NCBI GenBank assembly: GCA_900544235.1
Contig: UQUL01000003.1
Location: forward strand, 8,559-72,558
Length of the DNA: 64,000 nt
Reading direction: 5' to 3'
DNA from: an uncultured Collinsella sp.
Lineage (GTDB): Bacteria; Actinomycetota; Coriobacteriia; Coriobacteriales; Coriobacteriaceae
This document shows positions 47,608 through 56,889 of the stretch, piece by piece. How positions within the stretch are numbered: the first letter of the stretch is position 1; every line of letters starts with the position of its first letter. The notes under the pieces were generated by a model that was not told the origin of the DNA, did no database searches, and saw only the letters and a list, made by a program, of their open reading frames with translations. Position numbers and translations under genes: made by a program.

Positions 47608-47991
47608 CTAGAAACCAAAGCCAAAGCCCATACCGGTAATCGCCGAATACATAAAGTAGACGTTGATCACATTGAGGAACACACCCGTGATGCAACCGTT
47701 GCGCAGGTAGCGCTCGCACACGATGCGCGCCATGGCGGCGGAGTCATCATTGTTCTTTGCCTGGCGTCCCGCCGTAAAGTACGTCGCCACGCTCAGCAGC
47801 AGGTTGAGCACCGGCAGCGCCAGCAGCTCGTAGCTCTTGCCCCAGCGCGTCGCCTCGCCGGCGGCATTAAACTTCGTTGCCACCTCGGGACCAATGTTGG
47901 GGATAACGCACGCTGCGACCACCAGCGGAATCACCGCAAGTACGAGCAGCGCAATACCCATGTAGCCAGCTTTTTTGCCATATTTAAACAT
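47608..47991 (-). CDS. small polytopic membrane protein (DUF1648-like N-terminus, from memory)
   Basis: 127 aa with 3-4 hydrophobic segments. Confidence 0.55.
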   Translation of the reverse strand: MFKYGKKAGYMGIALLVLAVIPLVVAACVIPNIGPEVATKFNAAGEATRWGKSYELLALPVLNLLLSVATYFTAGRQAKNNDDSAAMARIVCERYLRNGCITGVFLNVINVYFMYSAITGMGFGFGF

Positions 47992-48002
47992 ATGCGTCGT
48001 CC

Positions 48003-49079
48003 TTACACGTTAAAGCGGAAGTGCACGACGTCGCCATCGGCCATGACATAGTCTTTGCCCTCGATGCGCAGCTTGCCGGCAGCCTTGGCGCCCTGCTCGC
48101 CACCGAGCTCGATGTAGTCGTCGTAGCCAATAACCTCGGCCTTAATAAAGCCGCGTTCAAAATCGGTGTGGATGACGCCGGCGGCCTGCGGGGCGGTCGC
48201 GCCCTGACGAACCGTCCAGGCCTTGACCTCCATCTCGCCAGCCGTAAAGAACGACTGCAGACCGAGCAGCTTATAGGCCGCCTGCGCGAGCACGCCCAGA
48301 CCGGGCTGCTCCAGGCCCAGGCTCTCCAGGTAGTCGGCGGCGTCCTCGGGATCGAGCTCGGAAAGCTCGGCCTCAATCTTGGCGCAGATGGGCAGCGGCT
48401 TGACGCCATCAATGGGCGTCAGGTCCTCGTTGAGCATGTCCTCGTCTACGTTGGCCACATACAGGATGGGCTTCATGGTGAGCAGGAACAAGCCCTTGGC
48501 AGCGGCGCGCTCCTCGTCGGTCATCTCCATGGACGCGGCGCGCTTGCCCTCGTTGAGCCAGGCAAGCAGGCGCTTGGCGACCTCAAACTTGGGCATGAGC
48601 TCCTTGTCGCGCTTGGCCTCCTTCTCGAGCTTGGGCAGCTGCTTCTCGAGCGTGCCCATGTCGGCCAGGATGAGCTCGGTCATGATGGTGTCGGCATCGC
48701 CGGCGGGATCGACGAACTCGCCCGTGCGGCCCACCTCACGCATGACGTTGGGGTCCTTAAAGTAGCGCACGACCTCGCAGATGGCGTCGGTCTCGCGGAT
48801 GTTTGCCAAGAACTGGTTGCCCAGGCCCTCGCCCTCGTTGGCACCCTTCACCAGGCCAGCGATGTCGACAAACTCGACCGTCGCCGGCACAATGCGGCCG
48901 GGGTTAACGATGTCGGCGAGCTTTTGCAGGCGGCTATCGGGCACATCGACGATACCCACGTTGGGGTCGATCGTGGCAAACGGATAGTTGGCGGCAAGGC
49001 CGGTCTTTTTGGTAAGCGCGGTGAACAGCGTCGACTTGCCCACGTTGGGCAGGCCCACGATACCGATGGAAAGGGACAC
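48003..49079 (-). CDS. ychF: ribosome-binding ATPase YchF
   Basis: [19 protein letters not shown] and a C-terminal TGS-like FIKAEV...[11 protein letters not shown]. Confidence 0.95.
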   Translation of the reverse strand: MSLSIGIVGLPNVGKSTLFTALTKKTGLAANYPFATIDPNVGIVDVPDSRLQKLADIVNPGRIVPATVEFVDIAGLVKGANEGEGLGNQFLANIRETDAICEVVRYFKDPNVMREVGRTGEFVDPAGDADTIMTELILADMGTLEKQLPKLEKEAKRDKELMPKFEVAKRLLAWLNEGKRAASMEMTDEERAAAKGLFLLTMKPILYVANVDEDMLNEDLTPIDGVKPLPICAKIEAELSELDPEDAADYLESLGLEQPGLGVLAQAAYKLLGLQSFFTAGEMEVKAWTVRQGATAPQAAGVIHTDFERGFIKAEVIGYDDYIELGGEQGAKAAGKLRIEGKDYVMADGDVVHFRFNV

Positions 49080-49193
49080 GACAGCTCCTTTTGGTACAGG
49101 TACTTCAAACCGTATAAGTATAGCGCCGCCGCAGCATCCGGGCGAATCCGGACACCGCGGCGGCGCAAATGAAGCAGAGATAGAGCTCGCTGA

Positions 49194-50447
49194 CTAGTCC
49201 GCGAGCTTCTCCACCTGGTCGAGCATCTTGTCCAGCTTGGCCTTTGCCTCGGCCTTGACCTTCTGGGCCTCTTCGTGGGCCTTGGCCTTCTGAGCGGCCT
49301 TTTCCTCGGCCTCGGGGTCGACAACGACCAGATTGGACGCATCGTGCTCGACCAGCTTGAGCGCATGCTCGGGGCACACCTTGACGCAGGCGCCGCAGCC
49401 CAAGCAATACGTGGACTCCAACGCAAAGCGGCCGCTTCCTACCAAATCGCAGGCGAACGTGGGGCATACATTGACGCACTCGCCGCACGACGTGCACTTG
49501 TCAAAATCGCATTCCGGCGTGCTCACCTGCATGTTCTGGGCAAGCTCGGGATGGTTTTGCAATGTCGAGAGCACCAGCTGCCGCCCGTGCGTGAGCGAAC
49601 GGCGACGCTTGGTCGTCGTGGTGCCGCACATGGTGTTGAGCGTGCGCTCGAGCTGCGTGATCTGGTGACGGTGAGCCTTCAACTTCTGCGTCACCGAGGC
49701 CAGTGCCGCCGTCGCCGGATTGAGCTTGGTCACCGTCAGGCCCGTGGTACGGGCAATCTTTTCCATGTACTCCTTGCGCTCGTACTCGCGAAGCTTATGG
49801 CACTTGAGGCTCTTGGGGTCGACCTCCAGGCCCATGCCCGTACCAGCCCACTCCTCGGCAGTAGCGATGGCCTCGCCCAGAATATCCTCGCCACCGGTGT
49901 TGCGGCACTTATCGCACACGCCCAGTGGCAGGTAGACGCTCACGTTGGGATAGTCGGCCAGCACCGAGAACCAGGTCTCGGCAGTAATATCGCCCACGCA
50001 GGCGACGACGACCTCGTTTTCGCGCGGCATGCGCTTAAGGGCGCGCGTGCAGGTAACGTAGGCGGTCTCGTGGCTCGTAGCAGCAGAGACGATATCGTCA
50101 TACAGGTTTTTGGGCGCCAGGCGCGGCGAGATGATCGCCTCGGTCGGACAGGCAGCGGCGCACAGGCCGCACTTGCGACAGGAGTCGAGGATCTCGATGG
50201 CGTCTTCCTCGACCTCGATAGCGTTGACCGGGCACACGTCCATGCACGCGGTGCAGGCGCTCTTCTCGTTTTTGCAGGTCAAGCACGGAATGGTGTTGCC
50301 GCGCGGACGCTCCTTGTAGTCGGCAGGATTCCACTGCGGTGCCGACGGATCGAGTGCATCGGTCACACCGCCAAGCGGGTTTTTAAGAAAGTCGAAACCC
50401 TTGCTGATCTCGATAATGTCATCAAACAGATCGTGTTCCTGCGCCAT
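49194..50447 (-). CDS. multi-cluster 4Fe-4S ferredoxin-domain protein with a Lys/Glu/Ala-rich coiled-coil tail
   Basis: Several CxxCxxCxxxCP motifs. Start re-picked at ATG 50447 (RBS GGGAGGGG). Confidence 0.8.
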   Translation of the reverse strand: MAQEHDLFDDIIEISKGFDFLKNPLGGVTDALDPSAPQWNPADYKERPRGNTIPCLTCKNEKSACTACMDVCPVNAIEVEEDAIEILDSCRKCGLCAAACPTEAIISPRLAPKNLYDDIVSAATSHETAYVTCTRALKRMPRENEVVVACVGDITAETWFSVLADYPNVSVYLPLGVCDKCRNTGGEDILGEAIATAEEWAGTGMGLEVDPKSLKCHKLREYERKEYMEKIARTTGLTVTKLNPATAALASVTQKLKAHRHQITQLERTLNTMCGTTTTKRRRSLTHGRQLVLSTLQNHPELAQNMQVSTPECDFDKCTSCGECVNVCPTFACDLVGSGRFALESTYCLGCGACVKVCPEHALKLVEHDASNLVVVDPEAEEKAAQKAKAHEEAQKVKAEAKAKLDKMLDQVEKLAD

Positions 50448-50598
50448 GCGCGGCCCCTCCCTGAGCAGTGCAAACAAGCAAGAGATAATGATACGCTATC
50501 GGCCCACGCCTCGGGCAAATTACACGCGGCGCATCTTTGCGGCAAATAGCCCATGGCCCATCGCCGCCTCGATTGCACAAGGTCAATCAAGCGCCAAA

Positions 50599-51666
50599 CT
50601 ATGCCTCGCACATGAACTGCACGAGCTTTTGTTTGGTCACCTTTGCCTGCTCGTTGGCCATGTTACGCTCGTTTCTAAAGACCGCATTTGCAACACTCTG
50701 CAGATCGGCATCGGAAATCTCGCCAAGGCCCAGCTCCTCGAGCGTCGTCGGCAGACCGACGCGTTGGCAAAACTCGAGCACCTGATCAAGCTCGGGTGCA
50801 CGCTCCAGGCGCAGCTGCACCACCAGGCCAAATGCCACGGCCTCGCCATGCATTGCCTTGCACTCGGGCAGAATCGTCAACCCGTTGGCGATGGCATGCG
50901 CCAACGCCAAGCCACCGCTCTCAAAGCCAACACCCGAAAGCAGAATATTGCACTCGATCAGGCGCTCAACCGCCGGCGATGTACGCCCTTTTTTGAGATC
51001 GCGCTTGGCAGCGACGCCGCACTCCATGAGCGTGTCGTAGCAGGCGCGAGCCGCGACCAGAGCCAAGTGCCCCGGCTCGCCACCGTGCTCGTTGGTACCG
51101 TGCGCCGCGGCGCACGAACGCGCCTCGAAGTACGTTGCCAGTGCGTCGCCCATGCCAGCGACCGTCATACGCAGTGGGGCTGCCGCGACCACGTTGGTAT
51201 CGACCACGACCAGGTCTGGATTCTTCTCGAGCATCAGGTAGTGGTCGAACGACCCATCCTCGTGATACAGCACCGAAATCGCGCTGCACGGACCGTCCAT
51301 CGAAGCCGCCGTGGGGCATACGCACAACGGCAGCTCGGCATAAAACGCTACTGCTTTGGCGATATCGAGCATTTTGCCGCCGCCAATACCCACCACCATG
51401 TCGCAATACTCGGCCTGGGCTTCCTTAGCCATTTCGACAACGGCCTCTTCCGTACACGGACCGTCATAAATCTTAAAGAACGGCTCACTTAGATCTTCGT
51501 CCAGAAATCCATCGACAATCTGCTTGCACAGCCGATCCTCGGTGCCCTGGTCAAACAAGACATAAGCAGCGCAGCCCAACCATGACAAATACCTGCCCTG
51601 ACGCGAAAGTTCGCCCGGCCCCTGAACATACCGGCCGGGACCGCCATAAACCATGGGAAGCGCCAT
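50599..51666 (-). CDS. iron-containing alcohol dehydrogenase, glycerol-dehydrogenase-like paralog
   Basis: 355 aa. GIGGGK motif and a metal-His region, collinear with the next gene. Confidence 0.8.
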   Translation of the reverse strand: MALPMVYGGPGRYVQGPGELSRQGRYLSWLGCAAYVLFDQGTEDRLCKQIVDGFLDEDLSEPFFKIYDGPCTEEAVVEMAKEAQAEYCDMVVGIGGGKMLDIAKAVAFYAELPLCVCPTAASMDGPCSAISVLYHEDGSFDHYLMLEKNPDLVVVDTNVVAAAPLRMTVAGMGDALATYFEARSCAAAHGTNEHGGEPGHLALVAARACYDTLMECGVAAKRDLKKGRTSPAVERLIECNILLSGVGFESGGLALAHAIANGLTILPECKAMHGEAVAFGLVVQLRLERAPELDQVLEFCQRVGLPTTLEELGLGEISDADLQSVANAVFRNERNMANEQAKVTKQKLVQFMCEA

Positions 51667-51696
51667 ACGAGAATCCGCCCTTCATCAAACAACGAT

Positions 51697-51758
51697 TGGT
51701 GCAAAGTAACTTGCCCCCTGCACCAACTTGTGCATTGGAGACAGGCCACTTTGCACCA
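51697..51758. promoter_or_regulatory. inverted repeat in the promoter region of the 50599..51666 gene
   Basis: TGGTGCAAAGT (51697..51707) and ACTTTGCACCA (51748..51758), a perfect 11-bp inverted repeat. Additional TGCAC(A)AGT-like half-sites lie between them. Confidence 0.35.
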
Positions 51759-51761
51759 TAG

Positions 51762-51798
51762 TAAAAAGGGGCAAAGTCATCTGCTGGCTTTGCCCCTT
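51762..51798 (-). terminator. rho-independent terminator of gldA
   Basis: 11-bp stem AAGGGGCAAAG / CTTTGCCCCTT followed by a T-run on the minus strand. Confidence 0.75.
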
Positions 51799-51810
51799 CC
51801 TTAGCTTGAT

Positions 51811-52911
51811 TTACTCATCCATGAGATAGTAGTGGCCCAGCGCGTCGGCACCCAGGATGGCGTTTGCGACCATCTCGGGCGTCACCTCAAACGGCATGTT
51901 GCACATGGTGTCATCGGGCGCGCAGGCGGCCTCGGCAACAATCATGGCCTGCTCGCGCGTAAGCTCGGCAACGCCAAGTTCCTTCATCGTGACCGGCAGG
52001 CCCAGCTCAATGCAGAAGCCCAAGACTTCCTCGAGTTTCTCAGTCGGAGCATCCTCGAGTACCAGCTGGACGATGGTGCCAAAGGCGACCTTCTCGCCGT
52101 GATACATGCCGTGGCACTCGGGCAGCATCGTCAGGCCATTGTGGATGGCATGAGCAGCAGCAAGGCCCGAGCTCTCAAAGCCAATGCCGGAGAGCAGCGT
52201 GTTGGCCTCAATGATGTGCTCGACGGCAGGCGTGAGCGCACCCTTCTCCAGCGCGACCTTGGCCTTGACGCCATCGGCCATAAGCGTCTCGTAGCAGAGC
52301 TTGGCGAGCGCCAGGCCGGCCATGCCGCCCTTGCCGCCGGCGCAAGTGCCGCCGTCGGCATCATGCGTCGCCTGGGCCTCAAAGTAGGTTGCGAGCGCAT
52401 CGCCCATGCCGGAAACCGTCAGGCGCACCGGGCTCGCCGCGATAACCGTCGTATCCATCAGGACAATATTGGGGTTTGCCTTAAGGAAGAGATACTTGTC
52501 GAACTGGCCGTCGTCGGTGTAGAGCACCGAAAGTGCCGAGCACGGAGCATCGGTCGAAGCAATGGTGGGGCAAATGATGACCGGGGACTCCAGGTAGTAG
52601 GCAACGGCCTTCGCGGTGTCGAGGATCTTGCCGCCACCGACGCCGACGATGATGTCGCAACCGTTGTCGCGAGCGAGCGCAACCAGACGATCGACCTCGC
52701 CCTTGGAGCACTCGCCGTTAAAGTCCTCAAACAGCAGCTCGGCCTTAGCTTCGGCAAAGCCGCCCTCGATCTTGGCACCGACGCGCTTCTTGCCCGAAGG
52801 CGTCACGATGACGAGGGCCTTAGCGCCGAGCGGCTCGACATAAGAGCCGAGCTTGGCGAGCTCGTCCGGACCCTGGATGTACTTGCTGGGGCTATTGAAA
52901 ATTGCAGCCAT
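51811..52911 (-). CDS. gldA: glycerol dehydrogenase
   Basis: 366 aa. MAAIFNSPSKYIQGPDEL, VGGGKILDTAK and conserved metal-binding His residues. Confidence 0.85.
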   Translation of the reverse strand: MAAIFNSPSKYIQGPDELAKLGSYVEPLGAKALVIVTPSGKKRVGAKIEGGFAEAKAELLFEDFNGECSKGEVDRLVALARDNGCDIIVGVGGGKILDTAKAVAYYLESPVIICPTIASTDAPCSALSVLYTDDGQFDKYLFLKANPNIVLMDTTVIAASPVRLTVSGMGDALATYFEAQATHDADGGTCAGGKGGMAGLALAKLCYETLMADGVKAKVALEKGALTPAVEHIIEANTLLSGIGFESSGLAAAHAIHNGLTMLPECHGMYHGEKVAFGTIVQLVLEDAPTEKLEEVLGFCIELGLPVTMKELGVAELTREQAMIVAEAACAPDDTMCNMPFEVTPEMVANAILGADALGHYYLMDE

Positions 52912-52927
52912 AACTATCCCATTCTCT

Positions 52928-52968
52928 AAAAAAGAAAGGGGCTCCGTACGGATACGTGCGGAGCCCCT
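52928..52968 (-). terminator. rho-independent terminator of the Fe-ADH gene
   Basis: Stem AGGGGCTCCG / CGGAGCCCCT followed on the minus strand by TTTCTTTTTT. Confidence 0.75.
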
Positions 52969-52989
52969 CGTTACGATAACAAGAGTCGA

Positions 52990-54213
52990 TTAGAAATCGA
53001 TGTCGGTGTCGTAGTAGCAGGCCTTGAGGATCTTCTCGAAGTCGGCAGCCTTGGTCTCACGCGGGTTCTCGGGCGTGCAGGCGTCCTGCTCGGCGTTCGC
53101 GGCGATCTCGGGCAGCTTGGCGAGGAACTCCTCCTCGGAAACCATCTGCGGGTTCTCGGCGTCGACCTTCACGCCACCATTCGCGTAATCCTTGATGGAC
53201 TGCGGAATGTTGAGCTGGTCGTTGAGGTCGCGGATCTTCTGGACGAGCGCAGCGATGAGCTCCTCGTTGGTCTCGCCGGGAAGGTGCAGGATCTCCTTGG
53301 CCACGTAAGCGTAACGCTCGGCAGCACGGGGATCCTTGGAGTTCCACTGGATAACCTTGCCCAGGTACATGGCGTTAGCAGCACCGTGGATGATGTGGCC
53401 GTTCTCGAAGGCAGCACCGGTCTTGTGAGCCATGGAGTGAACGATGCCGAGCAGGCCCGAGGAGAAGGCGATACCGGCGATGCACTGAGCCTCGTGCATG
53501 TGCTGACGGGCCTCATGGTCGCCAGCATAGGACTTGGGCAGCCACTCGACGATCTCGCGGATGCCGTGCAGGGCGTTGGCATCGGTGAACATAGAGGCGC
53601 AGGTGGAAACGTAGGCCTCCATGCAGTGGGTCAGAGCGTCCATGCCGGTGTGAGCGCACAGCTTGGCGGGCATGGTGTAGGTGAGCTCGGGGTCGACGAT
53701 GGCGACATCAGGGGTGATGTTGAAGTCGGCCAGCGGGTACTTGATGCCCTTTTCGTAATCCGTGATGACGGAGAATGCGGTGACCTCGGTAGCGGTGCCG
53801 GAGGTAGAGGAGATGGCGCAGAAGTGAGCCTTCTGACGCAGCTCAGGGAAGCTGAACGGCTGGATGATGTTATCGAAGGACTCCTCGGGATACTCGTAGA
53901 AGACCCACATGGCCTTAGCGGCATCGATGGGCGAGCCGCCGCCGATGGCGATAATCCAGTCGGGCTCGAACTCGCGCATGGCCTCGGCGCCCTTCATGAC
54001 CGTCTCGATGGACGGATCGGACTCGACGCCCTCGAACAGCTTGACCTCGAAGCCGCCCTCTTTGAGGTCGGCCTCAACGTCCTGCAGGAACCCGCCGCGG
54101 CGCATAGAGCTGCCGCCAGAAACGATGATGGCCTTCTTGCCCTTGAGGTTCTTCACCTCGTGGCGAGCGCCCTCACCAAAGTACAGATCGCGAGGATTGG
54201 TAAAACGTCCCAT
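52990..54213 (-). CDS. iron-containing alcohol dehydrogenase (lactaldehyde/1,3-propanediol dehydrogenase-like)
   Basis: GGGSPIDAAK, with HxxxH metal-binding region. Start re-picked at ATG 54213 (RBS TAGGAGG). Confidence 0.85.
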   Translation of the reverse strand: MGRFTNPRDLYFGEGARHEVKNLKGKKAIIVSGGSSMRRGGFLQDVEADLKEGGFEVKLFEGVESDPSIETVMKGAEAMREFEPDWIIAIGGGSPIDAAKAMWVFYEYPEESFDNIIQPFSFPELRQKAHFCAISSTSGTATEVTAFSVITDYEKGIKYPLADFNITPDVAIVDPELTYTMPAKLCAHTGMDALTHCMEAYVSTCASMFTDANALHGIREIVEWLPKSYAGDHEARQHMHEAQCIAGIAFSSGLLGIVHSMAHKTGAAFENGHIIHGAANAMYLGKVIQWNSKDPRAAERYAYVAKEILHLPGETNEELIAALVQKIRDLNDQLNIPQSIKDYANGGVKVDAENPQMVSEEEFLAKLPEIAANAEQDACTPENPRETKAADFEKILKACYYDTDIDF

Positions 54214-54724
54214 ACTGTGCCTCCTAAACAAGCCCCTCTTAGACTTGCGTATATAACGGAGCACCCGATTGGCTCCGTTAGGACCGTTTTGCGCGTTGCC
54301 GGCGATGACAATGCGCGATGTCTAAACGTCTCAACGCTCAGACAAACACTATTTTACCGTTCTGGTTGATCAGTTATTCACCTAAAGCCAACAATGATGA
54401 AACGTTTTTTCTATCCCTGAAGACCCTTGTGCGGCATCCATACTCCCAAGCTGGGCAAACGTTTTATCAAGGTTGACCACATATCCCGGGCTGAACTGTG
54501 CCCCTCCAAAATGCGCCCCGTTCGCCGCCAAAAATCGACCGTTTGCGGCACCGTGATACCACTCAGTCGTCCAAGGTGCCGACATTTGTGCGACATCCGT
54601 CTGACATCCGTCTTCGTGGTGCAAAGGTGCATGTCCAAGTGCGGCACCCCCGGTGTGCCACATGCGGGTAAACTAGAGCCTTATATAGAGAGATTTGAAC
54701 CCTAACCGCAGCAAAGGAGGCCCC

Positions 54725-55801
54725 ATGGCATTCGATCCCATTCAAGAGGATTGCCATCGCCTCGTTCTTGAGGCCTTGCGCCGCGACAATATCCCGCTCA
54801 CCGACGGTGCCGCCGTAGAGCGTCTGATGGAACAATTCACCCGCAACCCCGCGCCGCTCATCGTGCACGACCGCGACCGTGCCGGGCACCTCATTGCCAA
54901 GGTGGTCGAGGCTGTCGACTACCGCATTCCCTTTATCCCTGACGATACCCAGGCAGAGCAAGAAGAGGCCGTAGCCGAGAACATGCTCCGCGAGGCAGCC
55001 GCGCTCGACCCCACCAACTGGGATGCCCAGCGCATGCTGACCGCCCTCACCGCCAACTCCAACGAGGAGTACGTACAGTACTTGGTATCCAAGCGCGATG
55101 AAGTCGCGCACGACCTGGCACTCAAGATCGCCTCGGCGCAGGACCCCTACGAGCGCGAGGCCGCTGGCGACCTTATGCGACGCCCCTACCTGCGCTGGCT
55201 TGCCGCCCTTGCGTCACGCGCCCTCATTAGCGGCCGCTATCGCATGTCGCTCGAAGCTGCAAACCGCAGCCTCGACTTTGCCCCCAACGATCCGGCCGGC
55301 GTCCGCCATACTGCGATGCTTGCCATGGCAAAGCTCGAATACCCCGCCGAGGAGCTCAAGCGCTTTCGCTCTGCCCACTCCGTCCCCTATCTCGCCAACA
55401 CGCCGCTACGCCGTCGTCCCAAGGATGCGGAGCGTGACTTGGACCCATGGACGCTCATCGCGCTGATGAGCGCTGCCTGGCGCGAGCTGGACTACGAGAG
55501 TGCCGAGCACTACTTGCGCATCCTTGCACGCTCGTGCCCGCACGCAGCCGAGGCGCTCTACTTCCAAACCGAGTTTCCCGATGGCGTCTATGCCCGCGTC
55601 AACGTGGGTGTGGGCTCCACCGACGAGCTTGTCCTTGCGCTGTCCGAGGCAACGCCGGTACTGCAGGAGGGCCTGGGCGCCCCCGACAACGCCAGCTTTG
55701 CCGCCTGGGTCGCCACCAACGATATCGTCCGCTCCCAGATCGACGAGCGCATCCTGCGGGCGGCCGAGCAGGGCTTGCCGTTTAAGGGAGGAGACCTCTA
55801 A
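54725..55801 (+). CDS. hypothetical helical (TPR-like?) protein, paralog 1
   Basis: 358 aa, acidic, with no domain I recognise. RBS AAGGAGG. Its stop overlaps the next start (TAATG). Confidence 0.6.
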   Translation: MAFDPIQEDCHRLVLEALRRDNIPLTDGAAVERLMEQFTRNPAPLIVHDRDRAGHLIAKVVEAVDYRIPFIPDDTQAEQEEAVAENMLREAAALDPTNWDAQRMLTALTANSNEEYVQYLVSKRDEVAHDLALKIASAQDPYEREAAGDLMRRPYLRWLAALASRALISGRYRMSLEAANRSLDFAPNDPAGVRHTAMLAMAKLEYPAEELKRFRSAHSVPYLANTPLRRRPKDAERDLDPWTLIALMSAAWRELDYESAEHYLRILARSCPHAAEALYFQTEFPDGVYARVNVGVGSTDELVLALSEATPVLQEGLGAPDNASFAAWVATNDIVRSQIDERILRAAEQGLPFKGGDL

Positions 55802-56844
55802 TGGATCCGAGCGTCTACATCCCCGCCTACCTGGAGCGCGCCTACGTTGCGTCGCACCCCGAACTCACCGATGCAGCACGCGAGCTTGTCCATAACGACG
55901 TGAGCGTCGACCCTCATAAGTATGCGCAGACCGAGCATGCCCAGGCGCTGCTGTCCTATGCCGGCGTCCACCGTCACCTGCTCGACGAGCTCCATCGCAT
56001 CGAAGACATGGGCAGCGACGAGGAGTTTGAGCAGACGCGCAACCGCCTGTTCGACGATATGCGCGATGAGCTACTCAAAATCGTCCGCGTCGATGCGTAT
56101 GTCCTCGATGCCCAGCTGCTCGCCATCATTTTGGCGGACACGCCCGTCGACGCCTGTCTAGGCGACTTGATGAAGCTCGAGGCGACCACGGCCGATTACT
56201 TGCAGCAAAGCGTGCCCGGGTTCGACATGGAGGCCCCGCACTACTGGGCCAACAAGGTTTTGACGGACGGCGTAACGGCGGCCGATCTCACCGTAAGCGA
56301 GCCGGCTCTTATCGGGTGGCTCCACACGCTCGAGGCCATCTCGCAGCTGTGCATGGCGAGCGCTCGCTACCGTGCTGCCGCCAACTATTCTCGCCGCGTT
56401 CTTAAGGCGGAAGGCTATCCCACCCGAGCTGCAGGCACCGTGCTACTCGCCCTCGCTCGCCTGGAAGACGAGGACGGCTTTTTTGCCCTGGCCCACCAGC
56501 TCGAGGAGCAGATGGGGGCCGATGCCCTCGAGAGCTCCCCCTGGTACCTACTCGCCCGCACGATCCTGTTGTTCAAAACGAACAAGATGCGCCCGGCGAC
56601 ACGCGCGCTGCGTGAGTTCGCTAACCGTTGCGAGGGCGGCGCGTTCTTTTTGCTGAATCCGGTGTACCAGACGCCGTACCTTCCCTGCCGACCCGAGCCA
56701 CGCGACCCCTGGGACCTCTCGCACCAGGCGGTTTGGGAAGCCGACGGCATTATCTCGGACACCCCCGACTTTGCCCCCTGGGCCAACGCCTGCGAAGATG
56801 TATCGCAGCTTGCCCAGGAATTTGCGCGCCGCTACGGCTTTTAG
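55801..56844 (+). CDS. hypothetical helical protein, paralog 2
   Basis: 347 aa. Its C-terminal half is collinear with paralog 1 (YLRWLAALASRAL / LIGWLHTLEAISQL, and LAMAKLE / LALARLE). Confidence 0.6.
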   Translation: MDPSVYIPAYLERAYVASHPELTDAARELVHNDVSVDPHKYAQTEHAQALLSYAGVHRHLLDELHRIEDMGSDEEFEQTRNRLFDDMRDELLKIVRVDAYVLDAQLLAIILADTPVDACLGDLMKLEATTADYLQQSVPGFDMEAPHYWANKVLTDGVTAADLTVSEPALIGWLHTLEAISQLCMASARYRAAANYSRRVLKAEGYPTRAAGTVLLALARLEDEDGFFALAHQLEEQMGADALESSPWYLLARTILLFKTNKMRPATRALREFANRCEGGAFFLLNPVYQTPYLPCRPEPRDPWDLSHQAVWEADGIISDTPDFAPWANACEDVSQLAQEFARRYGF

Positions 56845-56889
56845 CGACGCGATCGCCCCGACCATGTCGTTTACGTTAGGAACGATTTC

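Noticed and set aside
54382-54705. 92-93 aa ORFs on both strands in the long intergenic region
   Set aside because: No RBS, odd composition (His/Gly/Ala or Cys/Arg-rich), mutually overlapping, and in a lower-GC region. More likely non-coding.
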